A DNA stretch of 64,000 nucleotides from Macrostomum lignano. Taxonomy: Eukaryota. Below the pieces are notes generated by a model that ran no database searches, was not told where the DNA came from, and worked only from the letters and a program-made list of their open reading frames with translations. The stretch spans positions 1 to 64,000 of the forward strand of contig NIVC01001413.1 of the NCBI GenBank assembly GCA_002269645.1, given 5' to 3'. The position numbers and the translations under genes were made by a program. Every line of letters begins with the position of its first letter. Position 1 is the first letter of the stretch. This document shows positions 11,003-23,481 of this stretch, piece after piece.

Positions 11003-13354
11003 GTGAATGCCGGATAGCTGGGGGAGTACCCACTACCGGGAAGGAAAAGAAAAGAAAACCGGGACAACTACAGGTAAAGACCGAAAAGTTGATCCGAAAC
11101 ACACAAACACACTCACACACACACAAACACAGACAAAACCCACACACTTGCGGCGTCGAAGAAAACAAATTGAAAAACGGGTGGCTCCACATAATTCCAT
11201 TTAGGCAGTCCTAACGGCTTCACTCGGCAAAGCACACTGACTCAAACTGCGGCTACCACTACCAGTTGTCTATGGCACATCCTGACAGGGAAAAATTGGC
11301 TATTCAGAGAGACTTGACCTTCATTTTGCGGCCATGCTAGGGAACCCAAATGCCGACCGTAAACGGACTTACGGCACCTGTACAAATTCTCCCCTAGGGT
11401 TGCGCGCCGGACCCCATTTCCTTAAGAAAGCTACTACGAAGAAGCGTTGGCGCCTGGACCCAAAAACCCAAGTGGCGGGAGCAATCCCCATGGAGGTCCT
11501 CCCACTTTACTGCCCTTGCACAGCCGGAAAACCGTCGGAGTCCAGTGGGGCTTCCACCTCAGGACTACCAATCTTGTACACGCAGCTTCACAAAAGGCGG
11601 GAATCCAGCTCCCCTACGTCTAGCAGAATCCACAAAAACCAAGACCTCCCCCTTCTGTTCAGAGCGAAGGCGCGCAGCGGGAGTCCAGACTAAACTGTCC
11701 CCGAAGTTTTCAGGTTAGGCGGATTACAAGCCTGAAACTCTCGCCCGCTTTCCTAGGATAAACAGACCTAAGTGAGTATCTTCCTGAAATGCTTGCCCCT
11801 CCGATACTCCACCTTTGCTGCAGCTCGAAATAGCATACTTGGGACCTTTATCTGATGGCGGAGAAAGTCCTACAGTTGTCAGCCTCTCCACTTTACTGTA
11901 CTTGAACGCCCGGTTCTACCAGGAGACAGCGGTACCTCCATCTAGGTTATTCCAAGTTGCCAGAGACGTCAACCCGTCTTATTGACCTTGCGGGGCACTG
12001 GGGTGGCACTCTATGTACCGGGGCTTTACATTAGGGGACTGCATGCAACCCTGCGTCTAAGCGCTTAGTGGGCTGCAGTGGCCAGAGGGGAAAAGAGTTG
12101 CGCAATAGCGCCTTCCTGGGCCAGGCTGACAAGTCGGGCAGGAGCGCCGTTCTACCGGGTCGGGCTGATTGGCACACCCACCTCCCCTATCAGACTGACA
12201 GCAGGGGGGAGGAATTACTAAAGGAGGAGAATGCAGCAGGAAACATTACGAGATCACTGGGGGCCACCAGACTTCCAGTACACCATTCCAATACTCACTG
12301 AACTCCACTATCAATAGGATACTATGGGATCTACTATTTCCAGCCACTGCACCAGCCCAAATGCAACCAAAGCAGTTACTACCGGGTCTGCAATACAGTG
12401 GGGAGAGTCAGCAGACACGTTGGGATCGAATCCCAGCCATGAAGGCACCAGGGGTTACCGCAGAATTCAGGTCCGGGCTGATCGCAGGTATTCCATAGGA
12501 GGTGACACTTTTTTTAGCCCGAGATTTTTGAGTCACACTGATACCCTACAGAGATACAATCACACCGCTATTCCCATTCCTGCGAGACTTTGGTATCCCC
12601 CAATGTTTCCAAGGCCATGACTACTGCTTCCCTTACTATGCATATATAGCGAGTTCCCCATAGCCCTTGATAGCTGTTCATTCTAATGGACAAACAAAAC
12701 ACGCTCCGGTCTCTACGCATTTCTAGGATTAACTGAGCGATCAGGGAGAGCGACTGTTACACTCCCCCGAGTAAAAGAAAGAGGTAGGACAAAGGAAAGA
12801 AATGCTTCGCTTCCAGCTTCCCTGTGCTTGCGTGATGAGGCTTCCGTACCTGGCTGGCTGTCCACCTCAACACTCACACAGTTCTGCTGTAGGCTAGGCG
12901 AGAGAAAGAAAGGGAGGGGAAATAAAGCATATTACCATGAAATAGAAAGTGAGTCCGGAAAATTCACTTTCGCAGTTCTTCACACACTCCGTTACCAGGT
13001 AGCTATTCTGATTGTAATCAAATCCGCTCGTCTACCACTTCACACTTTCTAGCGCTGAAACTGATCGGCTAAATTAATTTTAAATTGAATCAGGGGCTTT
13101 TGGCGAATGAATGAATTTGGAAATTTCGAATGAATTGAACGAATTCGCAGCCCGAAAAATTTGAAAAGTTACATTAATATTTTTGGATTTTGTTGCCTCA
13201 CGCCATGGGGGAAGAGAATGACGATTGGCGATTTTTACGATTGGTAGATTTAGACATGGCACTCTTTGCGCTTCGGCCACCATTCTGAGGGATGCCACAG
13301 GTGCGCTTGTCACATCTAAACCACCAGTCCGAAACTCAGCACTGTTTGCACCAG

Positions 13355-13372
13355 ATCCCACCGCTGCCACCA
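13355..13372 (-). other. Primer-binding site complementary to the tRNA-Leu 3' end
   Basis: - strand TGGTGGCAGCGGTGGGAT, 3 nt from the LTR. The + strand ATCCCACCGCTGCCACCA equals the recalled 3' end of metazoan tRNA-Leu(AAG) plus CCA. Confidence 0.85.
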
Positions 13373-13375
13373 TTT

Positions 13376-15590
13376 TGATGTAACCGCCCTTGTCGCCTGT
13401 CCGCTCCGTAGAGAGACGAACGCATGGCTAGAGGGGGCAATGACCGTAGGCTGCCTATGACCGGGCAATGACCTGACGGACCTCCAGCACCAGACTGTCC
13501 CGCCCACATGATTAGTAGCTTTGGTAGCGCTTCGTGACCAGAGGGCCAAGGACCCACATGGACCCCACCTGTAGCCAAGGTGCAATAGTTGGTCACTCGG
13601 TCATGGTATGACCGAGTGGCTGCCACCACTCTATGTGACCTGGCGCACCTGGATCTTTCTACCAGACCTCTCGAGGCTAGAGCCCCGCCTGGATTGGTTA
13701 CCAGGGGATTTAGGCTAACAGGGGAGACGCATGCAGCCGAGTACAGGGACTCTGCTTGGGGCATGATCGGGAACTCTGGGCTCAATCCTGGAGGATTTCT
13801 CAGCAGGGGATCCTTTGTGGCTGTGAGCGAGGCTGACTTGCGACTTTGATTACTAAGAGTAGTATGAGGCGAACATGTACTATCTACAGTTTAGATTGCT
13901 CAGGGCGAAGGGACGCGTTAGCATGGGGTTGCAACCTTCCTACTGCCATTCTGTGCCAAGACTCGCTAATCCCTCTACTGCACGCACACGCGGCCCCGCA
14001 GCACGCACTCACAGGCGGGCTGTGCACGGGGAGAGGCCATTAGCTTACCCAAACTTCCTTATGCTTTGCCACCCCGGGGGAAAGGCTTAGCAAGCCATGA
14101 GTGAAATGATGGTGAAAGATTGAAAAATGATGAAGTTAGTTAATAGTTAATAATTAGGCCCTTAGGCAAATAAGCAGGCAATTAGGCAGCTTCACTATTG
14201 AGTAAAATACAGCAAAAGATACGGTATCACAATTGGCTCAGCTCTCTAATCAGACAATGGAAAATAGGCAAACCCCGGATAAGCAAAGGCAATTAGAGCA
14301 CAAATTAGTAGCAGGAACTTACCGGCAGCTGCACAGAGAGAGAGAGAGGCGGAGTGACCGAGGGCGGCTGTAGGCTGCAGTCAGGCAGACGGTGAAGCGG
14401 CGATGCGCTGGAGCGACGAGGCGCTGATGTAGATCAGGCGATGCTGATGATGCGGGCGGTATCAGACCGCTGGCCGATAGGCGAGCTCACTTGGGGAGCT
14501 AAGGATAACTTGGCGGTAACAGACCGCGGCCGGCAGGGATTCGTCTTATAGACGAATGGGTCAGAACTCAATCTGACAGCAAGTCCAAAGAAGGACGAGG
14601 AGAGGAACAGAGATAAACTCAGTTGAGTATTCTCATGCCGAAATCGCTTCTTTTATAGACCTCACAGCCGCCTCCTCAAGGTCGTTACCATGGCTCCCTC
14701 TCTCTGATTGGCTGCCGGCAGAATGACGTCAGAATGAGTCATGATGAGAAGCATGAGACCGGCATAGCAACATGAGAAATCGGGAAATTGCGCAATCCGG
14801 AGGTGGGGTGGGGGATAATTGGCGCAGCGGGTGGTCGCGAAAGTGTTGCGCAAGCAAACATTGAGAACAATAGGGCTGGGGTCGAGAACAAAGGAATTGG
14901 AAATCGGGGATAATTGGGGAAAACTGAGAACAATGGAAAAGTAAACATTGGAGAAAAGGTGATAATTAGGTGCGAAAACGAGAACAAAAGAAAGAGAAAA
15001 TCGGAGAAAATGTGATAATTGGTGGGGGTCGAGAGAACAAAAGAAGCAAAAACGAGAACAATAGAAGCGGAGGTGGGGTGGGTGTCACATGAGAAATTTG
15101 GGAAGGAGAACAATAGCGTGAGAAAAGGTTGCGCAATAGAGGGGGATGAGTCATCGATGAGTCACCGAGGGGGAGAAGGGGTCACACGACTTGCGTCACC
15201 GTTTGGGAGTTTGAGAGGGGATGGGGAGACGGTGAGCACACAAAGTACTGTAAGTAGACACAGGGAAAGAGGGGACAGCGCAGGAAAAGAGTGCAGAGGG
15301 AGACAAAAAAAAGGGAGGAGGTAGAGAAAGTACAGGAAGAATAGGGCGGGAACAGAAGAGATAGGGTAGAGGGGGAGGTACAGAAAGGGGTAGGGGCTCC
15401 GGAAAGGCAGGTGTGGCGGCAGGAGAGACGGGACCAAGGCAGCAGGAGGGGTGCAGCAGAGCGGGAGTCTCCAGGCCCGGTCGGAGACCTGGCCGAGTCT
15501 CGACAGCTCTGTGCAGAGGGTGCACGGGATAGGAGGCACTTTCGAAAAAGTTCCCATGCCCTATCCCGCGACCAGAGCGTGGTTACATAA
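13376..15590 (-). repeat. 5' LTR (2215 bp)
   Basis: TGATGTAACC...GGTTACATAA (one terminal mismatch); adjacent to the PBS; duplicated ORF set in the supplied track. Confidence 0.95.
14620..14741 (-). promoter_or_regulatory. LTR U3 core promoter (AP-1, CRE, CCAAT, TATA)
   Basis: TGAGTCA 14735-14741, TGACGTCA 14724-14731, CCAAT 14711-14707, TATAAAAG 14657-14650, Inr-like TCA near 14625; mirrored in the 3' LTR. Confidence 0.6.
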
Positions 15591-15707
15591 ATAGCTAGAC
15601 TACTAAGAAACGAAATCGTTTAAGTGACAACACATTATTAAAAGTGCCATCGCCTTGGCGACAGAAGTTTTATTCAATTTATCAATCGCATCTCTCTCGC
15701 CACCCAG

Positions 15708-16179
15708 GTGCATCGAACAGGCGGTGGCCACATTGGAAGCCGAAGGCGGGCCCGAAGTTGCTCAGGAGGAGCGAGTCAGCTCCAAACTGCTGTGGGACAT
15801 TGCCGCCCTAGAGAATGCTGTGTCAAATACTGACACCTTTATTGACAACTGTCTGATAGCTGGCAGAGATCAGCTGGCCTACGTGTTGCGCTGCTGTCTG
15901 CGGGCTAAAGATAAGCGGCTATCGAAATTAGCCCAGCGACTGTTTGTCGAACTGTCCACGGGCGGTCTGCTAGTGGAGCTCTATCCGACCCTGGACTGCC
16001 AGGCCTATAGGAAAATTGGCTGGGGTGAGCGCTGCCGACTGAAGGAGATGACCGTGTCCTGGCATCGGCCGCGTCAGGAGGAGCTCCAGCTGGTGCAATG
16101 GATGGCGGACAAGTTTCTCTGGCCTGAGGTGCAACTGTTGACTGAGCATCTTGACGAGACTAACGTGTTGGAGAAGCAG
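15708..16179 (+). CDS. PSME4: PSME4 exon
   Basis: cacccag|15708 and cag|gttggc. EERVSSKLLWDIAAL...WHRPRQEELQLVQ; open frame. Confidence 0.85.
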
Positions 16180-16209
16180 GTTGGCATTGGTTTAATGGGT
16201 TTATTTGTA

Positions 16210-17560
16210 AACACATCTCCTCAATCAGTGTAAACACATCCCATCAATCAGGATAAACACACCTCATCAATCAGGATAAACACATCTCATCAATCACTGT
16301 AAACACACCTCATCAATCAGGATAAGCACATCTCATCAATCAGGATAAGCACATCTCATCAATCAGGATAAACACATCTCATCAATCAGAATAAACACAT
16401 CTCATCAATCAGGATAAACACATCTCATCAATCAGGATAAACACATCTCATCAGTCAGTATAAACACACCTCATCAATCAGGATAAACACATCTCATCAA
16501 TCAGTATAAACACACATCATCAATCAGGAATAAACACACCTCATCATTCAGGATAAACACATCTCATCAATCAGTGTAAACACACCTCGTCAATTAGGAA
16601 TAAACACACCTCATCATTCAGGATAAACACATCTCATCAATCAGGATAAACACATCTCATCAATCAGTGTAAACACACCTCGTCAATTAGGAATAAACAC
16701 ACCTCATCATTCAGGATAAACACATCTCATCAATCAGTGTAAACACACCTTATCAATGAGGAATAAACACACCTCATCAATCAGTGTAAACACACCTCAT
16801 CAATCTGTGTAAACACACCTCATCAATCAGTGTAAACACACCTCGTCAATCAGGAATAAACACACCTCATCAATGAGGAATAAACACACCTCATCAATCA
16901 GGATAAACACACCTCATCAATCAGTGTAAACACACCTCATCAATCAGGATAAACACATCTCATCAATCAGTGTAAACACACCTCATCAATCAGTGTAAAC
17001 ACACCTCATTAATCAGGATAAGCACATCTCTTCAATCAGTGTAAACACACCTCATCAATCAGGTTAAACACATCTCATCAATCAGGATAAACACATCTCA
17101 TCAATCAGTGTAAACACATCTCATCAATCAGGATAAGCACATCTCTTCAATCAGTGTAAACACACCTCATCAATCAGGAATAAACACACCTCATCATTCA
17201 GGATAAACACATCTCATCAATCAGTGTAAACACACCTCGTCAATTAGGAATAAACACACCTCATCATTCAGGATAAACACATCTCATCAATCAGTGTAAA
17301 CACACCTTAGCAATGAGGAATAAACACACCTCATCAATCAGTGTAAACACACCTCATCAATCTGTGTAAACACACCTCATCAATCAGTGTAAACACACCT
17401 CGTCAATCAGGATAAGCACATCTCTTCAATCAGTGTAAACACACCTCATCAATCAGGTTAAACACATCTCATCAATCAGGATAAGCACATCTCTTCAATC
17501 AGTGTAAACACACCTCATCAATCAGGTTAAACACATCTCATCAATCAGGATAATCTCATC
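16210..17560. repeat. 23-bp intronic minisatellite
   Basis: (g/a)taaacacatctcatcaatcag units. Confidence 0.95.
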
Positions 17561-17600
17561 AGCCAGTGTAAACACAAAGCTGGCCTCAATCCCCATTCAG

Positions 17601-17924
17601 GATCTGCTTCGCTGTGTCAGCTGTCTGTCAGCATTCGCTCAATCAGCTTGGCAAGTTCTGTCGCCGCCGCCAAATGAGGCGGACGATCCCACGGACTCCA
17701 ACGCTGCTCCACCGTCTGACTATCCGCTATCCGTCAGCCTGCGTCAAGGCCCCAAGCTGCCCAGTCACCTGCTGAGAAGAGGCGGCGACTCTGCAGCCCA
17801 ATTAAGAATTCAACTTGGCAACGAGGGAGAAGAGAAACGCGACGCTCGACAGATTCTGTTGGATTTGTTTGTCAGACTGGCTAAGGCTATCGCTGCCACC
17901 GATTTGAGCGAAATATTGCAACAG
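17601..17924 (+). CDS. PSME4: PSME4 exon
   Basis: ccattcag|17601, cag|gtttgc. 324 nt open, phase 0-0 (DLLRCVSCL...EILQQ). Confidence 0.8.
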
Positions 17925-18069
17925 GTTTGCTGCTATTCTTTCATTGTAACGACTGAATCTCTAAAGTATCTTAGAATAGGCCTTAAAGCGTTCCAAAAAT
18001 GTGGATGAGTCATCCCCATATAATACTTAAGGTATTCCTAAAATCGTCCGTCAGAGCAGTTCAAGAAAC

Positions 18070-18520
18070 ATCCCGAGCTCTATTCCAAGAAACACACCTA
18101 AGTCATTCCAAGAAACATACCTAACTCATTCCAAGAAACACACCTTACTTATTCCAAGAAACACCCCTAACTCATTCCAGGAAACACGCATAATTCATTC
18201 CTAGAAACAACCCTAACTCATTCCAAGAAACACCCCTAACTCATTCCAAGAAACACGCCTAACTGATTCCAAGAAACACCCCTAACTCATTCCAAGAAAC
18301 ACGCCTAACTCATTCCAAGAAACGCACCTAACTCATTCCTAGAAACAACCCTAACTCATTCCAAGAAACACTCCTAACTCATTCCAAGAAACACCCCTAA
18401 CTCATTCCAAGAAACACTCCTAACTCATTCCAGGAAACATCCCTAGCTCGTTCCAAGAAACATACCTAACTCATTCCAAGAAACATCAGCTCGTTCCAAG
18501 AATCAAGAACATTCCAAGAA
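18070..18520. repeat. 23-bp intronic minisatellite
   Basis: ttccaagaaacacccctaactca units. Confidence 0.9.
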
Positions 18521-18584
18521 TAACTTTCTCAAGGGATATCCCATAAAACAGCAGATTCGAACCCCCGTCTCTCTCAACTGTCAG

Positions 18585-18971
18585 GCAATCGCCGGCATCA
18601 CGGCTTTAATGCTGCCTGGTCCTCGAGTCTCAGTCACCAGCACGTTAGATGTACTCCGACTGCGCGACAACGCCGAGTCCGATTGGCTGCTGGAGCTTGG
18701 CCGCGGTCAGGACTCGGCAACACGACATCTACGCCGTCTGACAGGTTTCTGTCAGCTGCGCAGTCAGTTAGCCTGGCCCAGAGCTAACAGTCGCCTGCCG
18801 GATATTGTTGACCAGTTGATTGGTCTAGTTGGCAGTCCGTATAGGACCGTGTCAACTGATGCCTCCGTTGCTCTGGTGCGGCTGTGCACTGAACTGGGAC
18901 CCATTATTAGCGGATTCCGGCTGCTGGCGCCTGGACTTGAACGGTTGGCCTCGAGCGATTGCGAGCATCAG
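18585..18971 (+). CDS. PSME4: PSME4 exon
   Basis: tgtcag|18585, cag|gtaggg. Open, phase 0-0; IVDQLIGLVGSPYRTVSTDASVAL is typical of the PA200 HEAT region. Confidence 0.85.
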
Positions 18972-19029
18972 GTAGGGCTGGAGGTATTTGTTTTAGATGC
19001 ATTGAGAATAAGGTGCTTTTTAGTTGACG

Positions 19030-19330
19030 TTGCTAAGGTGTTTCTATGGCCTAGTTGCTATGGTGTTTCTATGGCCTGGTTGCTATGGTGTTTCTATAGA
19101 ATGGTTGCTATGGTGTTTCCATGGCCTGGTTGCTATGATGTTTCTATGGCCTGGTTGCTATAGTGGTTCTATGATCTGGTTGATTGGTGGTTCTATGATC
19201 TGGTTGCTATGGTGTTTCTATGGCCTGGTTGCTATGCTGTTTTTATAGAATGGTTGCTATGGTGCTTCTATGTACTGGTTACTATGGTACCATCATCATA
19301 TGCTCTGGTACGTTGCTATGGAACTATCAT
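19030..19330. repeat. 25-bp intronic minisatellite
   Basis: tggttgctatggtgtttctatggcc units. Confidence 0.85.
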
Positions 19331-19466
19331 AGCGCCTGGTTGTTATTGAATTTTTCATGGTCAGACAATTTTATGTTGTCGTCATGGCCCGGTTGCTATG
19401 TAATATGCAATTTTAACTGTATAGCAGCTATTGTTACTGTTTACCTTTTTTTTATCACTCTTGCAG

Positions 19467-19619
19467 GTTCTCGGCGCACTAACCCTAATGATTGGCGGCA
19501 CAGCTCCCGGTTACGCTGCTATCAATCACCTGTTCTACGTGCCAGATTGGCAAGCTCGTCGGATTTTGTGCCGCTGCCTGGCTACTGTACAGCTCTCTGA
19601 TCATAGTAACAAGGCCGAG
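19467..19619 (+). CDS. PSME4: PSME4 exon
   Basis: Polypyrimidine tract ttgcag|19467, gag|gtatgt. VLGALTLMIGG...PDWQ resembles FKGALYCLLG...HDWD. Confidence 0.85.
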
Positions 19620-19734
19620 GTATGTACTGTACGAGCTGTGTACGAGCTGTAGGAGGACGTATTGGCTCCTGTGTCTGACCCACATTGCCCGAATATGGGT
19701 CACGAAAAACCGGTCTTTATCTGGAGCTGAGTTC

Positions 19735-20870
19735 CTGTATGACCCCTAGTCTTACCTGATTGTGGGTCACTCTATGACCCCTAGTTACACTTGATTGTGG
19801 GTCTCTATGACCCGTAGTTACACTTGATTGTGGGTCACTCTATGACCCCTAGTCACACCTGATTGTGGGTCACTCTATGACCCCTAGTCTTACCTGATTG
19901 TGGGTCACTCTATGACCCCTAGTTACACTTGATTGTGGGTCTCTATGACCCGTAGTTACACTTGATTGTGGGTCACTCTATGACCCCTAGTCACACCTGA
20001 TTGTGGGTCACTCTATGACCCCTAGTCACACCTGATTGTGGGTCACTCTATAACCCCTAGTTACACCTGATTGTAAGTCACTATGACCCCTAGTCACACC
20101 TGATTGTGGGTCACTCTATGACCCCTAATTACACTTGATTGTGGGTCTCTATGACCCGTAGTTACACTTGATTGTGGGTCACTCTATGACCCCTAGTTAC
20201 ACCTGATTGTGGGTCACTCTATGACCCCTAGTCACCCCTGATTGTGGGTCACTATGACCCCTAGTCTCACCTGATTGTGGGTCTCTATGACCCGTAGTTA
20301 CACTTGATTGTGGGTCACTCTATGACCCCTAGTCACCCCTGATTGTGGGTCACTATGACCCCTAGTCTCACCTGATTGTGGGTCTCTATGACCCGTAGTT
20401 ACACTTGATTGTGGGTCACTCTATGACCCGTAGTTACACTTGATTGTGGGTCACTCTATGACCCCTAGTCACACCTGATTGTGGGTCACTCTATAACCCC
20501 TAGTTACACCTGATTGTGGGTCACTCTATGACCCCTAGTCACACCTGATTGTGGGTCACTCTATAACCCCTAGTCACACCTGATTATAACACTTGGTTAC
20601 ACCTGATTGAGATCGTCACTGTATGACCCCTGATTACATTGATTGTGTGTCACTCTATGACCCCTAGTCACACCTGATTGTGGGTCACTCTATAACCCCT
20701 AGTTACACCTGATTGTGGGTCACTCTATGACCCCTAGTCACACCTGATTGTGGGTCACTCTATAACCCCTAGTCACACCTGATTATAACACTTGGTTACA
20801 CCTGATTGAGATCGTCACTGTATGACCCCTGATTACATTGATTGTGTGTCACTCTTTGACCCCTATTATT
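19735..20870. repeat. ~35-bp intronic minisatellite
   Basis: tatgacccctagtcacacctgattgtgggtcactc units. Confidence 0.95.
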
Positions 20871-21014
20871 ACCCTCATCTTAGCCACTGTATGACCGATA
20901 ATTAGACTTCAATCTACAGTCTCAAATGACGTCATATAGTTACCTAATTATTAGTCCCGATCGCCTTCATGACGTCACAGTAGTGTGAGTTCAACAAAGC
21001 CATTTCCATTCCAG

Positions 21015-21533
21015 GTGGAGGCCCTCATCCGCTCCTGCGTAGTGCAGATGTCTCGCAACTATCACTCATTGGGCACGCCCGATCCAGATTTAGCTAACAA
21101 GGTTGTCGCCGAACTGACCGAACTGCAAGACCGCAGCAGCGGTTGGAAGTGCACCCATCTGACTGTGGACTCTCTGCAGTTCATTCTGCACCCGCGCCAC
21201 CTGCCCAGTCAGCAATGGGTGCAGTTCTTTCTAAAAATAACTCTAGACGTGAATGTCAGGTGCAGGGAGCGAGCCTTCGCCTGTCTGGCTGCTTACGTCT
21301 GGCGTAGGAAGCGGCGAGCTGGTCGAGTCCTGCTGCCGCCGCCTCAGCCGGCTGGCTCTGCAGTCTTCACCGATCAATCCTCTTCGATTGTGGTTCACTC
21401 TGATTGGTATCGCAACGGCTGCGATCACGTGTTTGGCTTTCCTGACAGCAAGTCTAATGCGGTGTTTCAAGTGCGCGATCCCAATGCCCCGCCAGATTAT
21501 GTTGATTGCAAATTGGACGAGAGTTTGCAATTG
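21015..21533 (+). CDS. PSME4: PSME4 exon
   Basis: ttccag|21015, ttg|gtgagt. 519 nt open, phase 0-0. Confidence 0.85.
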
Positions 21534-21619
21534 GTGAGTTGTCCTTCGAATCTTAGATTATTTTTGCAAGGATCGTTCCAACCATTCTGTCTCTTTAGAA
21601 TGCCCATGACTTTAAGAAT

Positions 21620-23430
21620 CATCCCTGTCTATTTTAAAATCGCCCCTGTCTGTTTTAGAATCGCCCCTGTCTGTTTTAGAATCGCCCCTGTCTTTTAGAA
21701 TCGCCCCTGTCTTTTAGAATCGCCCCTGTCTTTTAGAATCGCCCCTGTCTGTTTTAGAATCGCCCCTGTCTGTTTTAGAATCGCCCCTGTCTTTTAGAAT
21801 CGCCCCTGTCTTTTAGAATCGCCCCTTTCTATTTTAGAATCGCCCCTGTCTTTTTAGAATCGCCCCTGTCTTTTAGAATCGCCCCTGTCTTTTAGAATCG
21901 CCCCTTTCTATTTTAGAACCGCCCCTGTCTTTTTAGAATCGCCCCTGTCTTTTAGAATCGCCCCTGTCTGTTTTAGAATCGCCCCTGTCTGTTTTAGAAT
22001 CGCCCCTGTCTTTTAGAATCGCCCCTGTCTTTTAGAATCGCCCCTGTCTGTTTTAGAATCGCCCCTGTCTGTTTTAGAATCGCCCCTGTCTTTTAGAATC
22101 GCCCCTGTCTTTTAGAATCGCCCCTTTCTATTTTAGAATCGCCCCTGTCTTTTTAGAATCGCCCCTGTCTTTTAGAATCGCCCCTGTCTTTTAGAATCGC
22201 CCCTTTCTATTTTAGAACCGCCCCTGTCTTTTTAGAATCGCCCCTGTCTTTTAGAATCGCCCCTGTCTGTTTTAGAATCGCCCCTGTCTGTTTTAGAATC
22301 GCCCCTGTCTTTTAGAATCGCCCCTGTCTTTTAGAATCGCCCCTGTCTTTTAGAATCGCCCCCGTCTTTTTAGAATCGCCCCTGTCTTTAAGAATCGCCT
22401 CTGTCTTTTAGAATCGCCCCTGTCTATTTTAGAATCGCCCCTGTCTATTTTAGAATCGCCCTGCTTATTTTAGAATCGCTATGCTTATTTTAGAATCGCC
22501 CCTGTCTATTTTAGAATCGCCCTGCTTATTTTAGAATCGCCCCGCTTATTTTAGAATCGCCCCGCTTATTTTAGAATCGCCCCGCTTATTTTAGAATCGC
22601 CCCAGTCTATTTTAGAATCGCCCCTGTCTATTTTAGAATCGCCCCTGTCTTTAAGAATCGCCTGTCTTTTAGAATCGCCCCAGTCTATTTTAGAATCGCC
22701 CCTGTCTATTTTAGAATCGCCCCTGTCTTTAAGAATCGCCTGTCTTTTAGAATCGCCCCTGTCTATTTTAGAATCGCCCCTGTCTATTTTAGAATCGCCC
22801 CTGTCTATTTTAGAATCGCCCTGCTTATTTTAGAATCGCTATGCTTATTTTAGAATCGCCCCTGTCTATTTTTGAAACGCCCTGCTTATTTTAGAATCGC
22901 CCCGCTTTTTTTAGAATCGCCCCAGTCTATTTTAGAATCGCCCCTGTCTATTTTAGAATCGCCCCTGTCTTTAAGAATCGCCTGTCTTTTAGAATCGCCC
23001 CTGTCTATTTTAGAATCGCCCCTGTCTATTTTAGAATCGCCCTGCTTATTTTATAATCGCTATGCTTATTTTAGAATCGCCCCTGTCTATTTTTGAAACG
23101 CCCTGCTTATTTTAGAATCGCCCCGCTTTTTTTAGAATCGCCCCTGTCTATTTTAGAATCGCCCCTGTCTATTTTAGAATCGCCCCTGTCTATTTTAGAA
23201 TCGCCCCTGTCTTTTTAGAATCGCCCCTGTCTTTAAGAATCGCCTCTGTCTTTTAGAATCGCCCCTGTCTATTTTAGAATCGCCCCTGTCTATTTTAGAA
23301 TCGCTTCTGTCTTTTAGAATCGCCCCTGTCTTTTAGAATCGCCCCTGTTTTTTAGAGTAGCCCTGTCTTTTAGAATCGCCCCGCTTATTTTAGAATCGCC
23401 CTGTCTTTTAGAATCGCCCTCTGCCTTCTA
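21620..23430. repeat. ~20-23-bp intronic minisatellite
   Basis: ttttagaatcgcccctgtct units. Confidence 0.95.
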
Positions 23431-23481
23431 GAATCGCCATGCTCATGATCATTCCTAATCCGAAATCCCGACCACACGCAG

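Larger units (their letters stand above)
4321..15590 (-). mobile_element. 11.27-kb Ty3/gypsy-like non-autonomous LTR retroelement (gag + protease only), intronic and antisense to PSME4
   Basis: Direct repeats 4321-6538 and 13376-15590; TSD ATAG at 4317-4320 and 15591-15594; PBS, PPT, gag and retropepsin ORFs; no RT/RH/IN ORF seen. Confidence 0.95.

Noticed and set aside
13355-13372. tRNA gene
   Set aside because: Only the 18-nt 3'-end complement including CCA; no cloverleaf. It is a PBS.
13336-15557. Short ORFs duplicated in both LTRs (149, 124, 131, 101 aa etc.)
   Set aside because: Present twice only because the LTR is duplicated; no domain signature; composition-driven.
19735-20870. CRISPR-like appearance of 31-35-bp repeats
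   Set aside because: Head-to-tail units without unique spacers, no cas genes, eukaryotic intron.
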